DNA of 30,373 nucleotides from Deltaproteobacteria bacterium. GTDB lineage: Bacteria; Myxococcota; UBA727; VGSZ01. Under the pieces are notes generated by a model that saw only the letters and a list, made by a program, of their open reading frames with translations, was not told the DNA's origin and ran no database searches. The DNA lies in NCBI GenBank assembly GCA_016177705.1, contig JACOUT010000005.1, positions 1 through 30,373 on the forward strand, given 5' to 3'. Both the position numbers and the translations under genes were made by a program. The stretch's first letter is position 1, and every line of letters starts with the position of its first letter. Shown here piece after piece: positions 15,786 to 27,579 of this stretch.

Positions 15786-16283
15786 TCAGCGCCGGCTCGC
15801 CTTGAACTGCCCGTCGGTGAACGAGAGGTTCCCCGAGCCGTCGCTCAGATCGACCGCGAAGCGCCCGAGCAGCACGCCCCCCTGCTCGTCGATGATGGCG
15901 ACGGCGCCCGTGTGATCGGCGTTCGACTGGAAGGCGCCGCCGTTCAAAAGCGCGCTGCCGCGGGTCTCGCTGCGCTCCGCGAGCCTGACGCAGATTGGGA
16001 AAGCGCCGTCGGCGATGAGCTGCTCGGTGTCGGTGCCGGTCTCATCCTTGGCGATGATCATGTCGAGCAGCCCGATGGTGACGCTGCCGCTCGAGCCCGG
16101 CGCCCAGGAGGCGTCCTGCCCCGTGAAGTCGTCGCCGTCGGAGCGCGTCGCCTCGCCGGTTCCGTCGGCGACGTCGGGCGCGGCGGTCGAGATGCCGCAC
16201 ACCTCGCTCGGGAACACGGGGCAGCCCGCCGCCCCGACCAGGGCGGCGAGCGGGGCGATGGCCGTCATCCATGGGCTATGCAT
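15786..16283 (-). CDS. Small hypothetical lipoprotein of ~160 aa.
   Basis: MHSPWMTAIAPLAALVGAAGC has an AAGC lipobox. It has high GC3 and balanced composition (D, E, K, F, I). There is an alternative ATG at 16268. It lies 14 bp upstream of the mpl start on the same strand. Confidence 0.55.
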   Translation of the reverse strand: MHSPWMTAIAPLAALVGAAGCPVFPSEVCGISTAAPDVADGTGEATRSDGDDFTGQDASWAPGSSGSVTIGLLDMIIAKDETGTDTEQLIADGAFPICVRLAERSETRGSALLNGGAFQSNADHTGAVAIIDEQGGVLLGRFAVDLSDGSGNLSFTDGQFKASRR

Positions 16284-16377
16284 CGGCGCAGTCTGGTGAG
16301 AATCCCGCCGACGTCAAGCCCCGGAAGATCCGCGGGGCGCCTTGACGACCACCCCCCAAGTGACGACAACCACGCTG

Positions 16378-16674
16378 ATGGTCTCGCTGCTGCTCCTGTT
16401 GTGCGCCGCCGCCCCCGATTGGGCGGCGTGGCTCGAGGACGCCGCGGCCACCATCGCCCCCCTCGAGGACGTCGATGCGGCCGCCAGCGAAGCGACCGCG
16501 GTGGCACAGCGGGCCGGCACCAGCGCCGCCGCCGTTCTGCCACCGGTCGGTCGGCTCCGGCCGCCGGCGCCGCGCGTCTGCGAGGTGCCGTCCGTCCAGC
16601 CGACCGACGTGCCGCGCCCGCCGACGGTGCTGGGCGAGGGCGGGGCGACGGCGCGCGGCCCACCGCGCCGCTAG
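16378..16674 (+). CDS. Possible small secreted or leader ORF upstream of secA (speculative).
   Basis: This is an internal ATG of the listed 16342..16674 ORF giving MVSLLLLLCAAAPDWAAWLEDAAATIAPLEDVDAAASEATAVAQRAG.... It has a hydrophobic N-terminus and high GC3. There is no family support, and it could be a chance ORF in the GC-rich divergent promoter region. Confidence 0.25.
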   Translation: MVSLLLLLCAAAPDWAAWLEDAAATIAPLEDVDAAASEATAVAQRAGTSAAAVLPPVGRLRPPAPRVCEVPSVQPTDVPRPPTVLGEGGATARGPPRR

Positions 16675-16754
16675 CGCCGCTCCCTTCGCCGGCGCGCACC
16701 GTTCGTGCGCCGCGCGCACATCCCGCCCTCCCCCTCTCGAGCAGCGAGCTCCCC

Positions 16755-19943
<3,189 letters not shown>

Positions 19944-20148
19944 CGCGGCGCGGGCCTTCACTAGTAATTGCGGTGTGGTGTCCTGCCCGGTGGCGCTCCG
20001 GCGGACACACGCTCACCCCCGGCCCTTCATGCTTGGTTGCGGGCGTTCATCGAGAAGCTCACGGCGGCGCGTGCGATCCTCGACCACCTTGGCCTACCCT
20101 CGTCGAAGGGGCCGGCCGGTGAAGCGCGTGGCCACTTGAGCGCACAGC

Positions 20149-23238
<3,090 letters not shown>

Positions 23239-23239
23239 C

Positions 23240-24490
23240 TCAGCGCCCCTCGCGCTGCTGGCCGGCGTCCGGCTCGTCGGTGCCGGCGCCGGCGTCCCTG
23301 GGAGCTCCACCCTGCGGCACCGCCGCCGGCGCCTCCTTGGGGATGATCGGGCTGCCGTCGCGCAGCATCTGCAGCGACGAGACCGCGATGCGGTCGCCCG
23401 CGGACAGGCCGCGCTCGACGACGAAGCCGTCGGCGCCGAGGCGGCCGAGCGTCACCGGACGGCGCGTGACCACGGTTCGCGCGGGCCCGCCCGCCCCCTC
23501 GCCGGGCCGTTGCTCCGTGACGACGAAGACGAACGGTGTGCCACTCTGGCGCGTCACGGCGGTCGCCGGGATCAAGAGCGCCGCGCCGCTGCCGAAGATG
23601 ACGCGCACGCGCACCAGCTCGCTCGGTCGCAAACCGGTCACGTTGGGGAACGCCGCCTTGATGTCCACCAGCTGCGTGCGCGCGTCCGCGTGCGGCGCGA
23701 CGTAGAACACGGGCGCGCTCGCGGCGGTGGCGCCGTGCGCGTCGAGCACCTCGACGGTGGTCAGCTCGCCGAGCGCGCGCGCCCGCTCGGCGGGGATCGC
23801 CACCGTCACCTCGACGGCGGCCGCGGCGCGAGCTGCGCCCTGGTCGACCGCTCGCCCGGCGCCGATCGCGCCGTCGACGTCCGGCGCGATCGTCGTGATC
23901 TGGGTTTGTGGGGTGACCGCGTCGCCGATGCGGACCAGCACATCGCCGAGCGTGCCGCCGACCGCGGCGCGCACCGTGTGGAAGTCGACGCGCACCTCGC
24001 GCAACGCGACGCCCGCGCTCGCCGCCTGTGCGGCCGCGTCGGCGGCGGCGACCGCGGCCCGCGCCTGGTCGACCTCCTGCGCGGGCGCGAGCCCCTCGGT
24101 CAAGAGCTTCTCGGCGCGCTCGAGGTTGGTGCGCGCAAGCGAGTGGCGGGCCTCGGCGGCGGCGACGTCGGCGCGCGCGCTCAACAGCGCGGCGTTCTCG
24201 CCGCGCGCGTCGATGTCGACGAGCTGGTCGCCAGCCGCCACCGTCGCGCCCGGCTTGACGTGAATGCGGCGTACGTAACCGCCCACCTGCGGATACACGT
24301 CGATGCTCGCGCGCGACGACAGCGTGCCGAGGTAGTCGGCGGTGTCGCGTACCGTGGCGGGCGCGATCGTGAGCACCTCGACCTCGCGCGGCGCCGGCGC
24401 CTTGGCGGCCGGCTGCGGGGCGCACCCCGGCGCGGCGAGCATGGACGCGAACGACAACGCGACGATGAAGGACTTGGTCATGCTGGGCAC
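23240..24490 (-). CDS. RND efflux periplasmic adaptor subunit (membrane fusion protein) lipoprotein.
   Basis: MPSMTKSFIVALSFASMLAAPGC is a signal with lipobox. It has the coiled-coil hairpin and beta-barrel regions typical of the HlyD/AcrA family. Its ATG lies inside the last codons of the upstream OMF gene, a 13-nt overlap. Confidence 0.85.
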   Translation of the reverse strand: MPSMTKSFIVALSFASMLAAPGCAPQPAAKAPAPREVEVLTIAPATVRDTADYLGTLSSRASIDVYPQVGGYVRRIHVKPGATVAAGDQLVDIDARGENAALLSARADVAAAEARHSLARTNLERAEKLLTEGLAPAQEVDQARAAVAAADAAAQAASAGVALREVRVDFHTVRAAVGGTLGDVLVRIGDAVTPQTQITTIAPDVDGAIGAGRAVDQGAARAAAAVEVTVAIPAERARALGELTTVEVLDAHGATAASAPVFYVAPHADARTQLVDIKAAFPNVTGLRPSELVRVRVIFGSGAALLIPATAVTRQSGTPFVFVVTEQRPGEGAGGPARTVVTRRPVTLGRLGADGFVVERGLSAGDRIAVSSLQMLRDGSPIIPKEAPAAVPQGGAPRDAGAGTDEPDAGQQREGR

Positions 24491-25860
24491 CGAGCGAGCG
24501 TGAAGAAGGCGTCGAGGCGAGCGCGCAGCCAGTCGGCTTCGCGCAGCGCCAGCTCGAGCTGCGCCTGGCGGAGCACGACGCCGCTCTGCACCAAGTCGAA
24601 GCTGTCCGCGCGGCCGAGCTCGAAGGCGCGGCGCGTGAGCCGATCGAGCTCGAGCGCGAGCCCGTGCGCCTCGCGCGCCGAGTCGACCAACGCCGCGGCA
24701 GCGCGTTCGGCGCTCGCGGCGCGACGGTGCTCGAGCAGCGCGTCGCGCCGCGCGACCGCGAGCGCGGCGTCGGCGCCGAGGACGGCGCCGCTCCGTTCGG
24801 CGACCAGACCTTCACGGAAGCCGCCCTCCCAGAGCGGCACGGCGATCACGGCGGCGATCGTCCAGCTCGCGAAGCGACCTGGTCCCGGGTCGCTGGTGTA
24901 CGCGCCGACGTTGCTCGCGAGGCCGAGGGTCGGCAGGTAGCCGGTCCACGCAGCGCGGCGCGCGGCTTCGGCCGCGTCGCGGCGGGCGCGCGCCGACGTG
25001 ACGTCGGCGCGGTCGTCGACGTGCTCGCGATCGAGCGCCTGGCATGGGGCTGCCGCGTCGGCGATCAGGCCGTCGAGCGCGAATGCCGGCGAGACCGACA
25101 CCGGCTCGGCGAGGCCGAGCGCGGCGCCAAGCGCCTCGCGGGCGGTGCGCAGCGCCTCGTCGACCGTGGTAAGCGCGGTACGCGCGACCGCGACGTCCTG
25201 CTGCACGCGAACCACATCGAGCTGCGAGGCGGCCCCGAGCGCCACCAGGCGCTCGGTGAGCGCGGCGCGTTCGAGCGCCTGGCGAAGGCCGGTGCGGCCG
25301 ATCTCGGCGATGCGCTCCGAGGACGCGGCAGTGGCGACCGCGCGAGCGAGCACCCTCGTTTGGCGGCGACGCACGTCCTCGACGCTCGCCTCGGCGGCTC
25401 GCGTCGCGGCGTCGGCCACGTCGAGGGCGCTCCAGGCCGACAGGTCGACGACGGACTGCCGCAGCGTTGCGCCTGCGGAGCCGAGCGGCGCGGTGGGGGC
25501 GGGCGCAGCCGAGCCGGAGAACAGCGCGTTGCCGAGGTTGACGCCGCCCGCCGGCACCGGGCTCGCCGGGTTGAGCACGTCGTAGCCGACGCCGGCGGTG
25601 AGGGCCGCGTGCGGCAACAAACTCGACAACGATTGACGCCACCGACCCTGCGCCTGGACAACGGCGGCCTCAGCAGCGCGGAGGTCGAGCGAGCCCTCGT
25701 CGAGCAGCCCTCGCGCTTCGCTCCACGTCGACAGCGTGATCAGGGCGGGCGGCACGGGCGCGAGCTGCGGGTCGTCGGCGTGCCCGGCCGCAGCGGCGAC
25801 CAGCGGGCAGATCATCAGTGCTGCGATTCGGTGCGCGGGCATGCTGTGGTGTTCTTGCAT
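24478..25860 (-). CDS. TolC-family outer membrane efflux factor.
   Basis: It has two tandem OEP-type repeats, a Leu/Ala/Arg-rich coiled-coil composition and a signal peptide MPAHRIAALMICPLVAAAAGHA. The start is chosen as the ATG at 25860, with an alternative at 25842. The listed ORF extends spuriously to 25968. Confidence 0.8.
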   Translation of the reverse strand: MQEHHSMPAHRIAALMICPLVAAAAGHADDPQLAPVPPALITLSTWSEARGLLDEGSLDLRAAEAAVVQAQGRWRQSLSSLLPHAALTAGVGYDVLNPASPVPAGGVNLGNALFSGSAAPAPTAPLGSAGATLRQSVVDLSAWSALDVADAATRAAEASVEDVRRRQTRVLARAVATAASSERIAEIGRTGLRQALERAALTERLVALGAASQLDVVRVQQDVAVARTALTTVDEALRTAREALGAALGLAEPVSVSPAFALDGLIADAAAPCQALDREHVDDRADVTSARARRDAAEAARRAAWTGYLPTLGLASNVGAYTSDPGPGRFASWTIAAVIAVPLWEGGFREGLVAERSGAVLGADAALAVARRDALLEHRRAASAERAAAALVDSAREAHGLALELDRLTRRAFELGRADSFDLVQSGVVLRQAQLELALREADWLRARLDAFFTLARCPA

Positions 25861-25936
25861 ATTGACGACCCGAGCACTGCTTGGATGTGGGCGGCGGCTC
25901 TCGGTTGCGCCGGCGGCGTTCGGTTGTGGCAACGAG

Positions 25937-26020
25937 GTATCCGTCGGGCCAACCCCGTCCGGCGACAACCACTACCGCGACATGTGGTTCACCGTCGGAC
26001 GGGGTTGGCCGGACGGATAC
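25937..26020. promoter_or_regulatory. Nested dyad-symmetry element: 28-bp arms GTATCCGTCGGGCCAACCCCGTCCGGCG / CGTCGGACGGGGTTGGCCGGACGGATAC with 2 mismatches, flanking a 28-bp spacer that itself contains the AACCAC...GTGGTT palindrome. Candidate regulatory or structured element upstream of the efflux operon.
   Basis: Read directly from the sequence. The arm motif CCGGACGGATAC occurs a third time at 26361..26372. The element sits 77 bp upstream of the TolC-like start, where one would expect a TetR-type or similar operator, but no adjacent regulator gene is present. Confidence 0.4.
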
Positions 26021-26042
26021 TGACAGCGGCCGCGTTGACAAG

Positions 26043-26319
26043 GTGAAACGTGCCGATGCGTCGCGGCCGATCCTTGCGTGCGATTTTTCTTGGGCAAGGC
26101 ACGAGTTCCGGGACACCGAGACGGGCACGAAGATCGACGAGGCCCTTGGCTACCTCGTGCGTCAGCGCCTCCCGCTCCGGCGGTTCCTCGAGGACGCGAT
26201 GCTTCGCTTGGACAACAAAGCTCGCCCCGACGAACTGGAGCGAGACCCTCGCCAAGCCGGCAACCCAGGCGCTCCTCGATGAGCTGAGGCTGCTCCGCGA
26301 CGAGGACGCCTCGGCGTAG
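26043..26319 (+). pseudogene. Possible frameshifted small ORF in a locally lower-GC patch. Identity unknown.
   Basis: Frame A (GTG 26043) reads ...ILACDFSWARHEFRDTETGTKIDEALGYLVRQRLPLRRFLEDAMLRLDNKARPDELE with good GC3, then decays. Frame +1 takes over near 26225-26235, around an AAA run, with high GC3: ...WSETLAKPATQALLDELRLLRDEDASA*. Neither frame alone gives a convincing gene. The region is visibly less GC-rich than its flanks. Confidence 0.25.
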
Positions 26320-26416
26320 TCAGCGTGCGCGACCGAGCAGCCCTCGTCCTGACGCGGTTCCCCGGACGGATACACGCAACTGGATCAGCTCCCAACCAAG
26401 GCGGATCCGTGCCCGC

Positions 26417-26445
26417 TTGCATCGCGAAGGCGCGTTCACTAATAC
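26417..26445 (+). promoter_or_regulatory. Candidate sigma70-type promoter for arsR: TTGCAT, 17 bp, TAATAC. It would give a leaderless or near-leaderless transcript.
   Basis: The hexamers are at 26417-26422 and 26440-26445. The arsR ATG at 26454 has no SD sequence. The -10 element overlaps the operator palindrome. Confidence 0.3.
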
Positions 26446-26465
26446 AGAACCATATGGTTCAGTAT
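26442..26465. promoter_or_regulatory. 24-bp near-perfect palindrome ATACAGAACCAT|ATGGTTCAGTAT centred exactly on the arsR start codon. Putative ArsR/SmtB-type autoregulatory operator.
   Basis: 11 of 12 base pairs are symmetric. It contains a TGAAC half-site as in SmtB/CzrA-type operators. It overlaps the putative -10 element and the translation start. Confidence 0.5.
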
Positions 26466-26813
26466 CGCGGCGCCCGCCTCGATCTCTCGTTCGCCGCGCT
26501 CTCGGACGCGACCCGCCGCGGGATCCTCGAGCAGCTCGGGCGCGCAGACGCGTCGATCACGGATCTCGCGGAGCGATTCGCGATGAGCCTCACGGGCATG
26601 AAGAAGCACGTCCGCGTTCTTGAGGAGGCGGGCCTCGTCGCGACGAAGAAGGTCGGGCGCGTGCGCACGTGCAAGCTCGGCCCGCGCCAACTGCAAGAAG
26701 AGACGGCGTGGCTCGAACGACACCGCGCGACGTGGGCCGCGCGCTTCGACGACCTCGACAAGGTGGTCGCAGAGATGAAACAGAGGGAGACGACCCATGG
26801 ACGCAAGAAGTGA
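26454..26813 (+). CDS. ArsR/SmtB-family winged-helix transcriptional regulator.
   Basis: It is 119 aa. The HTH ITDLAERFAMSLTGMKKHVRVLEEAGLV matches the ArsR recognition helix pattern. It is an internal ATG of the listed 26325..26813 ORF. It overlaps the downstream AHSA1 gene by 17 nt. Confidence 0.85.
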   Translation: MVQYRGARLDLSFAALSDATRRGILEQLGRADASITDLAERFAMSLTGMKKHVRVLEEAGLVATKKVGRVRTCKLGPRQLQEETAWLERHRATWAARFDDLDKVVAEMKQRETTHGRKK

Positions 26814-27300
26814 AACCGTGAAGAACCCGACGACTTCGGAGCGCAAGTCCGACCGCGAGATCGTTGTCACGCGCACCGTTGATGCGCCTGCGCGCGTCGT
26901 GTTCGAGGCGTGGACCAAGCCCGAGCTGCTCAGGCGCTGGTGGGCGCCGAAGTCGATCGGGATCTCGTTCGTGTCGTGCGAGGCCGACGTACGCGTCGGC
27001 GGGAAGTACCGCTTCGTCTTCAGCCACCCTGCGTCGGAGCAGCCGGCGGCGTTCTTTGGCAGGTACCTCGAAGTCAAGCCGTACGTGCGCCTCGTGTGGA
27101 CGAATGAAGAAGCGGGTGACGCGGGTCAGGTCACCACCGTCACGTTCGACGAGCAGAACGGCAAGACGCGCGTCGTCGTGCACGATCTCTACTCGTCGAA
27201 GCAAGCGCTCGACGACGCCATCGCGTCCGGCAGCACGATGGGGATGGACGAGATGTTCGTGCAGCTCGACGCGCTGCTCGTGGCCCTCGGTGTGAGCTAG
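26797..27300 (+). CDS. SRPBCC-superfamily protein, AHSA1 (activator of Hsp90 ATPase homolog)-like domain.
   Basis: VVTRTVDAPARVVFEAWTKPELLRRWWAPKS...VGGKYRFVF...YLEVKPYVRLVWT is typical of the AHSA1 family. SD AGGGAGA lies 7 nt upstream. The ArsR + AHSA1 pairing is common. Confidence 0.85.
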   Translation: MDARSETVKNPTTSERKSDREIVVTRTVDAPARVVFEAWTKPELLRRWWAPKSIGISFVSCEADVRVGGKYRFVFSHPASEQPAAFFGRYLEVKPYVRLVWTNEEAGDAGQVTTVTFDEQNGKTRVVVHDLYSSKQALDDAIASGSTMGMDEMFVQLDALLVALGVS

Positions 27301-27325
27301 CAGGCCGTTGAATAACGGACTGCTG
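27300..27325 (+). terminator. Weak candidate hairpin after the AHSA1 gene (CAGGCCGTTG-AA-TAACGGACTG). There is no U-tract.
   Basis: Imperfect 8-9 bp stem read by eye. High-GC organisms often lack canonical intrinsic terminators, so this is tentative. Confidence 0.2.
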
Positions 27326-27328
27326 AAC

Positions 27329-27358
27329 GTGCCCGTGCCCGTGCCCGTGCCCGTGCCC
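27329..27358. repeat. (GTGCCC)5 perfect hexanucleotide microsatellite in the intergenic region upstream of the large lipoprotein gene.
   Basis: Directly visible as gtgcccgtgcccgtgcccgtgcccgtgccc. It is non-coding here. A hairpin GAGGCGGG-CT-CCCGCCTC at about 27552-27569 overlaps the GGAGG SD of the downstream gene. Confidence 0.9.
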
Positions 27359-27579
27359 GAGCGCCGGTCGAGTCGCTCAGGGCACCCGCGAGCGCGAGCC
27401 AGCGGTGCCTTGCCAGGTCAGCGCCTCGGCGAGCACGAGAGGTGTCAACGAAAGCAGGTCACCTGCACCTGCACGACGGCACCCCTCACGTGCTTTCTTG
27501 AGAGATGCCACGGCGTGGCACCAACCGGTTCGCATTTCTAGGATGCGGAGGAGGCGGGCTCCCGCCTCGGGGGGGCTTC

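Noticed and set aside
15735-16754. The 340-codon N-terminal extension of the listed secA ORF (1402 aa).
   Set aside because: The extension runs antisense or out of frame across mpl and the small lipoprotein gene and is Arg/Gly/Pro-rich. A canonical SecA N-terminus, MSIFAKIFG, begins at the internal ATG at 16755.
25989-26375. The 128-aa minus-strand ORF across the dyad element and lower-GC patch.
   Set aside because: Its translation is Ser/Arg-rich with poor GC3 periodicity. The coding-like signal in this region is on the plus strand, in the frameshifted ORF.
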